Virus record (IMG/VR): IMGVR_UViG_3300035670_000087
From: a virus
DNA: 64,000 nucleotides
Reading direction: 5' to 3' (one strand)
The notes below the pieces were generated by a model, which saw nothing but the letters and a program-made list of their open reading frames with translations, did not search any database and was not told where the DNA came from. A program made the translations under genes and the position numbers. Below are positions 19,805 to 29,794 of the stretch, piece by piece (the first letter of the stretch is position 1; every line of letters begins with the position of its first letter).

Positions 19805-20896
19805 TTATTTTATAATACCAGCGAGCTTCTGCCACCTAGATACTTGCGCATCTGCATTAGTAATCACGCCTTCATTTATAACACGCTTAGTTGAGGTACC
19901 AGCTGCCTTAGAAGCAAACCCAATAGACTCTTTCAGACTTCCTTTAGTATTGTCGTTCTTAACGCTAAATGCTTGATCCAGAGATTCGTGTACAATTTTT
20001 GCTTCCCTAGTTGTTCCAGCTTTGTCAAAAGCGCTAATAACTTTTAATTTTTGTTGTTCAGAAAGATTATACTTACGTAAAATCTTATTCAGATAAAGAA
20101 GTTTAGCATTAATCAAGTTAGTTTCATTAACTTTTTGAGCTAATACAGCAGCTTGACGCTTGATTTCTTGAAGTTCTTGAGCTTCAGGTTTTTCCTTCAT
20201 CTTTTTTTCTTTATGAAGTTTAGCCTTTTTCTTTTCCTGAATTTTTTCAAGAAGACTCATCATCTCCTCTTCTAAAATAGCTACTTCGTCTTTATCAGAT
20301 TTTTCATCATCTGGATCTTCGTCATCGCCTTCTTTAATTTCATCATCTTCATCTCCCATTTCAGCAAGAAGTTTAGCTATGTCGATTTCTTCGTCTACAT
20401 TTTTATCACCATCTTCATCGTCATTAGCTTCGTTCACATCATCTTCTTCAGGCTTTTCTTTAGGTTCTTCTTTATGCTCTTCGTCATCTTCGTCTTCGTC
20501 TTCGTCTTCGCCTTCCATTACATCACCTTCACCTTTTTCACCTTTTTCAAGTTCAGCTATGATTTCATCAAGATCGAAAGCTTCATCAGCACCTTCATCT
20601 CCTTCTGAATAGGCTTCTTCTTCAGATTCCATATCTTTTTCGGCTTCTTCCATACCATAGCCTTCGTAATCACCTTCTTCATGCTTTTTTTCATCCATCT
20701 TCTCTTTATCATCGTACCCTTCTTCGTAGTCTTCTTCAAGTTCTGCATCATCAGCTTCTTCTGATAAACGAGCGGCAAGCATTGCCTTAACTTTAGAATC
20801 AAAAGCTTCGTTTAAACTAGCTTTTGCGTTTTCAATAGCCATTTTTTTGATAGCATCCGCTTCTGCGATTGCTTCTTTGAGCAAATTTGTGTTCAT
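19805..20896 (-). CDS. Prohead core scaffolding protein, gp22-like
   Basis: Acidic, low-complexity coiled-coil protein between protease and MCP; C-terminal RWQKLAGI. Confidence 0.8.
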   Translation of the reverse strand: MNTNLLKEAIAEADAIKKMAIENAKASLNEAFDSKVKAMLAARLSEEADDAELEEDYEEGYDDKEKMDEKKHEEGDYEGYGMEEAEKDMESEEEAYSEGDEGADEAFDLDEIIAELEKGEKGEGDVMEGEDEDEDEDDEEHKEEPKEKPEEDDVNEANDDEDGDKNVDEEIDIAKLLAEMGDEDDEIKEGDDEDPDDEKSDKDEVAILEEEMMSLLEKIQEKKKAKLHKEKKMKEKPEAQELQEIKRQAAVLAQKVNETNLINAKLLYLNKILRKYNLSEQQKLKVISAFDKAGTTREAKIVHESLDQAFSVKNDNTKGSLKESIGFASKAAGTSTKRVINEGVITNADAQVSRWQKLAGIIK

Positions 20897-21000
20897 TTTT
20901 CCTTAAATTTTTTTTTGGATTTACGCCTATTAAAGAGGTGTAATAGATTTCTTTTTATTCAACTCTTTATAAGAAAAAGAGTATTAGGCGAATATGTCGA
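20897..21000 (-). promoter_or_regulatory. Putative structured 5' leader of the scaffold-capsid transcript
   Basis: Inverted repeats cgccta(20924-29)/taggcg(20985-90), ctatta(20927-32)/taatag(20941-46), actcttt(20962-68)/aaagagt(20976-82). Confidence 0.45.
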
Positions 21001-21053
21001 TAATAAATATATAAAAAAAGTAAAAAACTATATTTTATATAAAATTTTTACTT

Positions 21054-21662
21054 TTAGCAATGACAAACTCCTGTATTATTACAGATAAGATCTTTTATAA
21101 TAGTATCTATACTTTGAAAAGATTGGCCTATTTCGTACCCTTCTTTTAAACTTAAATTAGCTCCTTGAGTTGACTCAAAAGATACTAAATCGAATGTCAA
21201 TAACTTAAAATCATCGTTTACAGTTACAATACCATCATGTCCTTCCTGAACACTCCCCATACCTCTAGAGCTGATTCCTACTGGTATTCCTCTGCGAAGA
21301 AGCCCTGCAGCAATTCTTCCTGCTGGAAACTCATCCCCATCTAATATTTCTATATCTCCCATTACATCATCTCCTTTCCAGTAAATGTTTACTATGTTAT
21401 GGGACACATTTTTAAGATTAACCACGTTAGAATCGCTATGATCCAACTCTCCTAAAGCACGGTTTTGCTTTACCATGGTATTGTTATACTCTTCTATTTC
21501 TTTACGCAGTACTCCTTCCGGATAAACCCTACCATTCCTATTTTTAGCATTAGCCCTTTGTATGACTACGTTCTTAATAATCATTCTCTCACCAGGCTTG
21601 TAAGCCTCCGTAAGCTTTATAGGGTTTACATCTAACTTGTAATATTCTGTAAGTACTTGCAT
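21054..21662 (-). CDS. gp21: Prohead core protease, T4 gp21-like
   Basis: NRNGRVYP, RALGELDH, VSHNI, GISSRGMGS, TFDLV. Confidence 0.95.
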   Translation of the reverse strand: MQVLTEYYKLDVNPIKLTEAYKPGERMIIKNVVIQRANAKNRNGRVYPEGVLRKEIEEYNNTMVKQNRALGELDHSDSNVVNLKNVSHNIVNIYWKGDDVMGDIEILDGDEFPAGRIAAGLLRRGIPVGISSRGMGSVQEGHDGIVTVNDDFKLLTFDLVSFESTQGANLSLKEGYEIGQSFQSIDTIIKDLICNNTGVCHC

Positions 21663-21673
21663 GTTATATATAA

Positions 21674-24649
21674 TTATCTATATTTGTTCATTTGTCTATC
21701 GGATATTACCTGTAGTGCTTGTAGTATTTTACTTTTAGGGTCTATATCTTTTCTAGTTCCTTTTTCTGAGGCTTTTTGTATAAACTTTACTATTGTTTTT
21801 TCTACGTGACCTAAATTAGGATTTTTTTGTATTCCTTTAGATAATGTTCTATCTCTCATGTAATCACTAGCTAACTCTTCAGCATTTTTAAGCTGCTGGT
21901 CCATTGGTACATTGTCATTAAACATAGAGTCTATTTCTTGTTCTGTGGCTTCAGCTACTCTACCGCCTCTCATAGTCAATGTATTTGGCTCAAAAGGACG
22001 TGCCATTTGAGATCCTAATGGACTATCAGCCATATCATTTAAGTCGTCAGGACGAGCTATTTCGTAGCCTTTAGGGGCGTAAGAATTAAATATAGAAACT
22101 CCTTCGTCTCCTAACTCATGAACAAGTTTATTTACAATAGAGTGTTTTTCTGTTCCATTAGATCTTACATAAGGATCTTCACTTTCTTGAAATCCCCACT
22201 CATATTTTTTCATGTATTCCTCAAGACGCTTTTTTTTTACTTCAGGACCTTGTACTCCCATGTATTGAGATAATTCAGCTTCTTGAAGAGCTCTTTGAAT
22301 GCGTTTACGAATGTATGATTCTAATTTAGATTCTGTTTTTGATGGTTCTTTTGAAGGAGAAAATACCTTTTTCAATACTGAACTAAGATTTTGTGGAATA
22401 AAACTAACAACACTAAAAGTATTTTTATCTTGAGGATTTTTATAATATTTACCTGTATCTTTATTACTAAATATTACTTGTGAATTATCATCCATAGTAA
22501 TAACTAACCCATCTTTTTTATTAAAAGTAGCACTTTTTGCATTCCCACTTACGTCCCCTTCAACATCAGGATCCTTAGGATTTTTGGGGTCTATTGGATC
22601 TTTAGGATTTGATTTTATATTAAAAGATATTTGATTAGATACGATTTTGCTTTTTTCTTTATCTGTAAACTCTTCGTATATGTCTCCTGTATATTTTGAT
22701 ACTGCTGTTTTTGGAACAGCTTTATAGTAAGAGACATTCTCCTTACTATTAAGATTAGCAGCTGCTAATTTAGCATCTCCCCAATTATCAAATCCTCTCG
22801 GTACATACTTTTTATTTTGAGTATCTACAACATAATAAGAACTTTTAAGTTGATTAGGAGTAGCATTTACCTTAGTAACGCCTCTGTTGTCAGGAGCTTT
22901 ATAAAATCCAGCAGGTTGTCCTGCTATACTAGTCCTAAAATTTTTATCTTTTTCTTTTGAAGCAGTATTTGTATTTACAGATTTTCCTGTGGAGTCTCTT
23001 TTCCCTTTTAACATTAGATTTCTATCAGGAACAATACCCCCAAGAGGTCTTAAAACAGTTATCTTACCTGATACGGTTTCTCTTTCATACGTTGTTGACC
23101 CTTTTTTTACAGGAACTTCAACCACTTTTTGAAAATCGTACTCTTTTTTAAATTCTATAGAGTTTTTCTTTATTAGTGCTTTTATAGCCTTTCCTTTCAT
23201 TTTAGCTTCTTGTGTCTTTTCATACCCAGGTTTTACGCTATCACTAGAATATTTTATAATCACATTAAAAAGCATATCATCAGGAAGATCTCCTTCCATT
23301 TCTAATAATGAGTTTTCTTGTTTATTATTTTCCATTTTCTGTTTTTTTTGGTATTCGTAAGCTCTGCTAAGCATGCTGTATAGTTCGGTATCGTCTTGGC
23401 CTGCTAATGCAGCAATTCTATTCCTTATCATTTCATTAACTATGTAATCTGTTACTTCAACTTTTTTACTAGTTTTATAAATATTATTTAATAGTTTTCC
23501 TATATACTCAAGAACCTTTCCTCTTTGATACTCTCTTTCTTCTCTGCTATTTTTTCTATCTTCAAATTCAGAAAAAGCTTTTATCATATTATTCAAAAGA
23601 TAGATATTGTTATTATCAAGCATAAACTCTTGTCCTTTAGACTTAGCATCATCTTTATTTACTTTTCCATTTGTAGAGGATTTAGACTTATCTATTTTTT
23701 GTTTTTTAGGCTCAGATTTTGGTTCTGGGCTTATGTCAGACGAGGGTTTAGTTTTTGTATCTGTACTTGTATTTGTATACTCCGATACTAACATGTTGTA
23801 CAATGTCATTTTATCTGAAAACCTTTCTTTCAAAGTTGACCATACTTTTGCAATAACTGTATCGTTTTTTTCATCTTTTAGGCTATCAGTATACCTTTTA
23901 ATAAACCTCACTAAAAGACTCTTATACTCTTCTACCGCATCTGCTTTTTGTCCAGGCTTCTTATACTGATCGTATAGGCTCTCTATTTTATCTAAAGTGC
24001 TGCTATTATTGATTAAAAAATTCTTTGTTTCCTGCTCTATGTCACTTTTAGGTTTTTGTAGCGATTGCTTTTTAAACTTTTTTGACTTTTCTAAATTTTC
24101 TACATAATCTATATAATCTTTTATAGACGTACTTCTGACGCCTATTCCTTTTTCATATATATCTTTTAGGGGTACAAGTTCTAGTTTGTATTCATCAGGA
24201 AGTTCTCTGTTATATTGATCTACTTCTTTTTTTGATAGATATATAAATTGTTTGCTCTCGTACTTTTTTGGAGGATTATAATCATCTTCAGAATCTTTTT
24301 TACTTTTATCCCCCTTAGTATACTGCTTAACTGCTGTATAATATACATCTTTAAAATGTTCCTCTTCTTTACTTGGTACTACGGCAGCTACTATTTTATA
24401 ACTTCTTTTTAAACTGTCATACTCAGCTTTACTAATTTTTCTGTATATTTCTCTGTACACTCTTTTTTGCCCGTCAACAATATTTTTAAATGGGATCATA
24501 TGAACACTACCCTCTTCAAAAGAAGATTTAGTGCTCGGATAAGTATCTCTGGTTCTTTGTGGGTCATTAGAGGCTGCTGCTAATCTTAAAGATCGTAGAC
24601 TGTCCGAATCTTCGTTTAGAATGTTATATATTATGCTTTCAAAATCCAT
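21674..24649 (-). CDS. Large Lys-rich hypothetical protein, candidate internal head protein
   Basis: 991 aa upstream of gp21; several L/I/V-x-E sites; no recognisable catalytic motif. Confidence 0.6.
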   Translation of the reverse strand: MDFESIIYNILNEDSDSLRSLRLAAASNDPQRTRDTYPSTKSSFEEGSVHMIPFKNIVDGQKRVYREIYRKISKAEYDSLKRSYKIVAAVVPSKEEEHFKDVYYTAVKQYTKGDKSKKDSEDDYNPPKKYESKQFIYLSKKEVDQYNRELPDEYKLELVPLKDIYEKGIGVRSTSIKDYIDYVENLEKSKKFKKQSLQKPKSDIEQETKNFLINNSSTLDKIESLYDQYKKPGQKADAVEEYKSLLVRFIKRYTDSLKDEKNDTVIAKVWSTLKERFSDKMTLYNMLVSEYTNTSTDTKTKPSSDISPEPKSEPKKQKIDKSKSSTNGKVNKDDAKSKGQEFMLDNNNIYLLNNMIKAFSEFEDRKNSREEREYQRGKVLEYIGKLLNNIYKTSKKVEVTDYIVNEMIRNRIAALAGQDDTELYSMLSRAYEYQKKQKMENNKQENSLLEMEGDLPDDMLFNVIIKYSSDSVKPGYEKTQEAKMKGKAIKALIKKNSIEFKKEYDFQKVVEVPVKKGSTTYERETVSGKITVLRPLGGIVPDRNLMLKGKRDSTGKSVNTNTASKEKDKNFRTSIAGQPAGFYKAPDNRGVTKVNATPNQLKSSYYVVDTQNKKYVPRGFDNWGDAKLAAANLNSKENVSYYKAVPKTAVSKYTGDIYEEFTDKEKSKIVSNQISFNIKSNPKDPIDPKNPKDPDVEGDVSGNAKSATFNKKDGLVITMDDNSQVIFSNKDTGKYYKNPQDKNTFSVVSFIPQNLSSVLKKVFSPSKEPSKTESKLESYIRKRIQRALQEAELSQYMGVQGPEVKKKRLEEYMKKYEWGFQESEDPYVRSNGTEKHSIVNKLVHELGDEGVSIFNSYAPKGYEIARPDDLNDMADSPLGSQMARPFEPNTLTMRGGRVAEATEQEIDSMFNDNVPMDQQLKNAEELASDYMRDRTLSKGIQKNPNLGHVEKTIVKFIQKASEKGTRKDIDPKSKILQALQVISDRQMNKYR

Positions 24650-24651
24650 TG

Positions 24652-25206
24652 TTAAGACTTCTTTGGAGTTTTCTTTTTTGGTGCATTTTTCATTTGATTT
24701 TCCTTGTCTTTGAAGTTATTCTTTTTAACTTCAGTAGGAAGATCAGCACGCCCTTTTTTCTTCTTTGCCTTAAACTCAATCATATCCAAACGTGTATAAT
24801 AATTTGGATCCTCTGCTAAATGATCTAGAGCTATTTCCTTAGCTTTATCTATATCATCAGTATGCTCAAGCTCATGTTTCCAACCTTTAGTAAACTCATA
24901 ATAGTTAACTTGATCAGGAGTAAGTTTATCACCTTTTCCACCTTTAAGCTTTTGTTTTTTACCTTCAGTAAGAGACTCTTGCAATGCTTTAAAAGCGCTA
25001 AAAAAGTTATACCCTTGCTTTATTTCTGATTTTGGTTGTGCTTCCCATACGTGTCCTTTTCCTTTTAATTTAGACACAGTGTCATCGTATGACATAGTAT
25101 TAGTAATAGACTCCTGATATAGGGGGTTTCTCCTTATGTGCCATAAGAATTCAGATTTAGACATTTCTTCTTTTAGCACTTTTTGATATAATTGCTGTGT
25201 TGTCAT
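24652..25206 (-). CDS. Hypothetical head-region protein with a DUF5661-like motif
   Basis: GWKHELEHTDDIDKAKEIALDHLAEDPNYYTRL; family name from recollection. Confidence 0.6.
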   Translation of the reverse strand: MTTQQLYQKVLKEEMSKSEFLWHIRRNPLYQESITNTMSYDDTVSKLKGKGHVWEAQPKSEIKQGYNFFSAFKALQESLTEGKKQKLKGGKGDKLTPDQVNYYEFTKGWKHELEHTDDIDKAKEIALDHLAEDPNYYTRLDMIEFKAKKKKGRADLPTEVKKNNFKDKENQMKNAPKKKTPKKS

Positions 25207-25464
25207 TTATAGTTCTTTTTTAAAAAGTCTTTTATATTCTGTGGCTAAATCTATTGATTCTGCCCATTTTCCTATTTTTTTAGTAACTAGTATTCCTTTT
25301 TTTCTTTTTGCTTTTGTCCCTCCAGCTCCACCAAATGAATGTTTGGTAGCCACTCCTTCTCCATCACCAGGGGTAACGTGCCCTTGATCTGCTGCAGGAG
25401 CTCCTCCTCCAGTTGTAGACATTTCGTCTACTTTATCTTTTAATATTTTCGAGTTCTTTTTCAA
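25207..25464 (-). CDS. Small Gly-rich/basic hypothetical head-region protein
   Basis: 85 aa, VDE|MSTTGG; overlaps the upstream gene by 32 nt. Confidence 0.55.
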   Translation of the reverse strand: MKKNSKILKDKVDEMSTTGGGAPAADQGHVTPGDGEGVATKHSFGGAGGTKAKRKKGILVTKKIGKWAESIDLATEYKRLFKKEL

Positions 25465-26281
25465 GTTGATAAAAATATAGTAAATTTTCTAACTCTAAAT
25501 CTGATACCTGTCTTCCGGCTGGTATAGGTTTTATTATATTTACAACCTCTTCTAACTTAACTTTTCTAACTGTATCTTCTATATTTTTTGTTAATTTAGT
25601 TAATTTAGTTTTTATTCTGTCGTACTCCTCATTTACATACTCTTTAAAAGATTCAGGAGTGGATATGTCAGTTATATACCTTTTTAAAAGATTTTTTTGG
25701 CTCTCATTGAGATTTGAATACTTCTCATTGAATTTCTGAATTACAAGTTTATATACAAGAGCTTTGGTGCCCTTATCATAAGAAGCAAACTCTGTTAACA
25801 ATGGATCAATCTCTTTATTTTTTGACCCATTACAAATGTCTTCCATTATAGAAAACTTGTACTTTATTTCAGATTCTGGGTCTACTTTATCGCTTTGTTG
25901 TATCTCAAAAAGCATGTAAACAGATGCTATGCTTTTGTAGTTATCTACCTTAGTTTTAAAAAAATCATCAAGGTTGTAATGCTCTTTAATTTGGGATATT
26001 AAATCGTATTTTTGTTTACTTAAAGTTTTTTTATTTATCTTTTTATGTGCCTGTAAAGCGGTGTCTATTACAACGTTTGCTTTAGATTCAGAAAGATTTT
26101 TACTAGTTAAAAGTGCTTTGTAAATACGATATTCTTTGGCAATAAGAGTATTGTTGAAATTCTTTTTAAGAATATCTACAGCTCTAGACTCTTTATTATT
26201 TAAAGTATCCGTAGTTATTTGTCTGACTAGCAGTTCAAATAAGAGTCCCGTGTTTCGAAGTTTATTATGCTTAAGCTTCAT
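25433..26281 (-). CDS. Conserved hypothetical protein following portal (possible prohead core component)
   Basis: MKLKHNKLRNTGLLFELLVRQIT N-terminus; helical; TATTTATA upstream. Confidence 0.65.
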   Translation of the reverse strand: MKLKHNKLRNTGLLFELLVRQITTDTLNNKESRAVDILKKNFNNTLIAKEYRIYKALLTSKNLSESKANVVIDTALQAHKKINKKTLSKQKYDLISQIKEHYNLDDFFKTKVDNYKSIASVYMLFEIQQSDKVDPESEIKYKFSIMEDICNGSKNKEIDPLLTEFASYDKGTKALVYKLVIQKFNEKYSNLNESQKNLLKRYITDISTPESFKEYVNEEYDRIKTKLTKLTKNIEDTVRKVKLEEVVNIIKPIPAGRQVSDLELENLLYFYQLEKELENIKR

Positions 26282-26296
26282 TTTATGTTGATCTTC

Positions 26297-26304
26297 TATA
26301 AATA
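26297..26304 (-). promoter_or_regulatory. TATTTATA putative late-promoter motif
   Basis: Intergenic after portal. Confidence 0.6.
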
Positions 26305-26307
26305 TTA

Positions 26308-28164
26308 CTAAATATCTTCATTAAGTATGTTACTCTCATTTAAAAGGTCAGATTCTTCATTTTTTTGTTCAAAAAGAACTATTTTCTTTGTTCTTTTAGA
26401 TTCTAGACCTTTTAAAGAAGTTTCTAGTTGGAAGGCACCTATTTTATCTTTTCTAGTCTTATCAAACGGAGTTTCTGGTTTCATATCTTTGGACCCTAGA
26501 GGATCTCTTCCAAAAGCAGATTTATCCGTTTTAAAAATAGAAGACTTTTCTTTTGGTCTTCCTACTGGATTTTTTTCCATCTCATCATACCCATTAGGAA
26601 CATCTGGTCTACCTTCTTTCTCATCTGTTTTAGAGTAGACTGATGCAAGATCATGAGGGGTCCCATAAGACTCGCCAGAGATGGCTGGGTCGTTTCCTTC
26701 GTTTTCAATTTGATTATACCTGTACACCCTTTTAACATCTTCAACAATAAGATCTCTCTCTTGATTAAGTTGATCCTCTGACATCTGGAATATCTTATCC
26801 CCTATCCAATCACTAGAAAATATTTTCTTATCCATGATATCCCCAGCAAGAGCTACTTTCTCTTTCAACAAAGCAATCTTCTCTTGTTCATAAATTATAG
26901 ACGGATTGTTTAACTCTAAGGTAAAGTTCAACAAATCTGCATCTTCAAATCCTTGAACATATAAATGAATAATAGCTATCTTTTCAAGCTCACTTATTAT
27001 AATTCTTTGAAGTCTTTCTACAGTCCTACTAAACCTAACGTCTAATGCACTTATGGTGGATTTACCATTAAGTTCATCAGAGTAGTTCAAAAATGATTTA
27101 GGTACTTTTAACGATCCTAACATTAAATCTCTTAAAAATTCAACGTCTTCTATACCAGCATACTCAAGACCTTTAGTTGTATCTATTTTTGTAGTATTAT
27201 CTCCAGGTCTAACAGGAATATAAAAGTCCTCAAGCATGTTCTGTACATTGAACTTAAGGTTATAATCTCCTGTTTGTTGGTCCACAAATGGAGTTTTTTT
27301 CATTCCGTTTATAGTGTTCTGCACAAACGCATTTACTTCGTTTGGAGGGATATTTCCTACATTAATGTAAAATACACGCTTCTCAGGAGCTCTCATAATT
27401 CTGTGCAATAACATTGCGTCCATCATAAGAGTGTACTGCTTAAAATATTTTCTAGCAGGCTCTATATAAGATCTACCAAATGGAAGATAGTTAGTATCTG
27501 TAAGAAGTCTAAAATGAGCTATTTCAAAATTCTCAAAAGCTTCTTTACTTTTAGTAGCAGTTGTACCTCCAGCTACTGCCACTGGATCATATATAAACTT
27601 AATGTAGGATGGATTATTAGGATCTTGACCTTCCTCTCTGATCATATCATAAACAGATAGAGGCCTTACACTATATACTCCGTATTTTTCAGCTATATCT
27701 AATTTTAAAAAGAAGTCTCCATATTTACACATGGATCTAATCCACATCGGTAGATTAAATTCTACATTTAATACTTGATAAAATAAATTATAAAGTATTT
27801 TTTGAATGTTTTCATTACTACTTCTAATCTTTAAAACCTCATTACTTTCCCCTTTTAGTGTTGCTTCTTCACAAAGAATGTCTAAAACAGAGGATATTAT
27901 ACCATCTGTGTCCATTGCTTCGTAATCAGCATACAACTGAAGCCTAAGAGTTTGATAGTTTAGGGTTGGATTAAATTGCATCCTTTGCCCAGCTTTATGC
28001 AAGCGAGTAAATCTATCTACTAAACTATTAGTTTGTAACTGGCCAAAAGACTGTATTCTCTCTACATCTGCCACCTTAAGCTGCTTACCTCCAACATTAC
28101 GTATTACTACGTCTGTTGAAAATAATCGTTTAAGACGGGGAAAAAGTGACTTATCTACTGGCAT
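26308..28164 (-). CDS. gp20: Portal vertex protein, T4 gp20-like
   Basis: GDFFLKLDI, RIMRAPEKRVFYINVGN, MLEDFYIPVR, LKVPKSFL, ISALDVRF. Confidence 0.95.
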   Translation of the reverse strand: MPVDKSLFPRLKRLFSTDVVIRNVGGKQLKVADVERIQSFGQLQTNSLVDRFTRLHKAGQRMQFNPTLNYQTLRLQLYADYEAMDTDGIISSVLDILCEEATLKGESNEVLKIRSSNENIQKILYNLFYQVLNVEFNLPMWIRSMCKYGDFFLKLDIAEKYGVYSVRPLSVYDMIREEGQDPNNPSYIKFIYDPVAVAGGTTATKSKEAFENFEIAHFRLLTDTNYLPFGRSYIEPARKYFKQYTLMMDAMLLHRIMRAPEKRVFYINVGNIPPNEVNAFVQNTINGMKKTPFVDQQTGDYNLKFNVQNMLEDFYIPVRPGDNTTKIDTTKGLEYAGIEDVEFLRDLMLGSLKVPKSFLNYSDELNGKSTISALDVRFSRTVERLQRIIISELEKIAIIHLYVQGFEDADLLNFTLELNNPSIIYEQEKIALLKEKVALAGDIMDKKIFSSDWIGDKIFQMSEDQLNQERDLIVEDVKRVYRYNQIENEGNDPAISGESYGTPHDLASVYSKTDEKEGRPDVPNGYDEMEKNPVGRPKEKSSIFKTDKSAFGRDPLGSKDMKPETPFDKTRKDKIGAFQLETSLKGLESKRTKKIVLFEQKNEESDLLNESNILNEDI

Positions 28165-28191
28165 TTATGTTTTGTTTACTGTTTTAATATA

Positions 28192-28199
28192 TATAAATA
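28192..28199 (-). promoter_or_regulatory. TATTTATA putative late-promoter motif
   Basis: Intergenic upstream of portal. Confidence 0.6.
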
Positions 28200-28206
28200 T
28201 CTACTT

Positions 28207-29793
28207 TTACTCTAATAACCAAGTTATGTTTTCTTGTTGTCCATTGACATTCATTTGGTAGGGATTTTGAAATTGATTTGGATTATGTCCAGTAGTTGTT
28301 GTTGTATTATACCCGCTTCCCCTAGATATGTTATTTATCAAGGCCCTTTGTAAATCAATCCCTCTAGCCCTATATTCTACAGCACTGTCTCTTAGGTACA
28401 GTCCTATAGCATATGCCATAACACAATCATCATGGTACCCAGTTTGAGCTATAGGCTTACCATTTTTCCATACAAAAGTAGACATTTCAGAAGATAATCT
28501 CCTAGAATTCAAAGATATACTGTGATCTCTTACATATTGTTTAAAGGCTAGTAATACTTCCGGTCTTGTTTTTGTAGATGTTGTAAACCCTGGTGTCATT
28601 TTACTAGTATCATAATCATATATTTGAGTCAGATACTGAGATACATTTGTTGTGTCTCCTTTAGGAGAGTAGTATATGTTACTGTAATTGAGTTCTAAAA
28701 CATCGGATATGGTTGCATGCCCCAGTCCAGTATTTTCTACAACAAGCAAAGCAGAATTATACTCTGTAGCTATTGAAACAGCAAACTTAGATAGCGATTT
28801 GGTATCCATATCACCTTTGTACTCGGCTACTTGAGACCCAGTAAAAACGTCCATTACTTGAATTACTGAAGAGTCTGACCCATCTCCCTTAGCAGTGTCT
28901 ATTATTACTATATAAGATCTCTCTGGTACGGGATATTCCCAAATCCAATAGTCTTTTTTGGGGCCTCTCATTTCTATTGGATCTTTTACTCTTTCTGTAT
29001 AGTATTCTAAATCTTCAGCTTCAAAGTAAGTGTCTCCAGATGAATTAAAATTACAATCACACTCTTGTGCAGCCAATCTTTTTCCAAGTTCTTTGTCCTG
29101 ATCTTCTCTCCATTTTTGGTTTCTTAGGGGGTGCACACTCCAAGGAAGTCTTACAGGAATAAAATTATTTTCTTCTGATTCAGCTCCTACCCATTGTTGG
29201 TGGAACCATTGACCTATTCCATTTGGAGTAGAAAGTACTATAGCTCTACCACCTGTGGCAAGTGTTTGTTGTGCTGATCCCCATAAATCCTCCGCATTTT
29301 CTATAAACGCAGCCTCATCTAATATAAGAACATTAGCAGTATAGCCCCTAGCACTCTCAGAAGCTCCTGAAGCAGCCTTTATCTTAGAACCATTCTCTAG
29401 TATTAAACTTAATTTATTGTCTTCTAATGCGGCTATTTTAAGCCAACTAGGTAACTGGGAATACGCAAATCTAACTTTATCTACTATATTCCTAGCTTTT
29501 TCTTGAGTAGGAGCCAGTGCTAGTATAGATTGGTCTTTTTTAAACAGCATTAACCATAAAGCATAAGCAGCTGTTAAAGTAGTTATACCTAGCTGCCTAG
29601 ACTTTAAAATAAGAGTCCTATCATGTTTGTTTAAAAGATATAAAAGCTTCTCTTGAAACAGATAAGGGGTGAATAACATTCTCCCCTCTGAAGTCTGTAT
29701 AAAAACAAACTTTTTTAAAAAGTATATAGGATCTCCGGCACACTTGAGATATTCCTCACGAATAATCTCTTTTATTGATTTCTCATTCGACAT
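28207..29793 (-). CDS. gp17: Terminase large subunit, T4 gp17-like
   Basis: KSRQLGITT Walker A, LILDEAAF Walker B, STPNG coupling motif, IDTAKG and DDCVMA nuclease aspartates. Confidence 0.97.
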   Translation of the reverse strand: MSNEKSIKEIIREEYLKCAGDPIYFLKKFVFIQTSEGRMLFTPYLFQEKLLYLLNKHDRTLILKSRQLGITTLTAAYALWLMLFKKDQSILALAPTQEKARNIVDKVRFAYSQLPSWLKIAALEDNKLSLILENGSKIKAASGASESARGYTANVLILDEAAFIENAEDLWGSAQQTLATGGRAIVLSTPNGIGQWFHQQWVGAESEENNFIPVRLPWSVHPLRNQKWREDQDKELGKRLAAQECDCNFNSSGDTYFEAEDLEYYTERVKDPIEMRGPKKDYWIWEYPVPERSYIVIIDTAKGDGSDSSVIQVMDVFTGSQVAEYKGDMDTKSLSKFAVSIATEYNSALLVVENTGLGHATISDVLELNYSNIYYSPKGDTTNVSQYLTQIYDYDTSKMTPGFTTSTKTRPEVLLAFKQYVRDHSISLNSRRLSSEMSTFVWKNGKPIAQTGYHDDCVMAYAIGLYLRDSAVEYRARGIDLQRALINNISRGSGYNTTTTTGHNPNQFQNPYQMNVNGQQENITWLLE

Positions 29794-29794
29794 G

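Noticed and set aside
21032-21045. Perfect 14-bp palindrome attttatataaaat
   Set aside because: AT-only in very AT-rich DNA; weak as a hairpin and likely chance, though it could add to termination after gp21
26308-29793. Inteins or introns in terminase or portal
   Set aside because: Lengths and motif spacing are normal; no intein C1/HN signatures or interruptions seen
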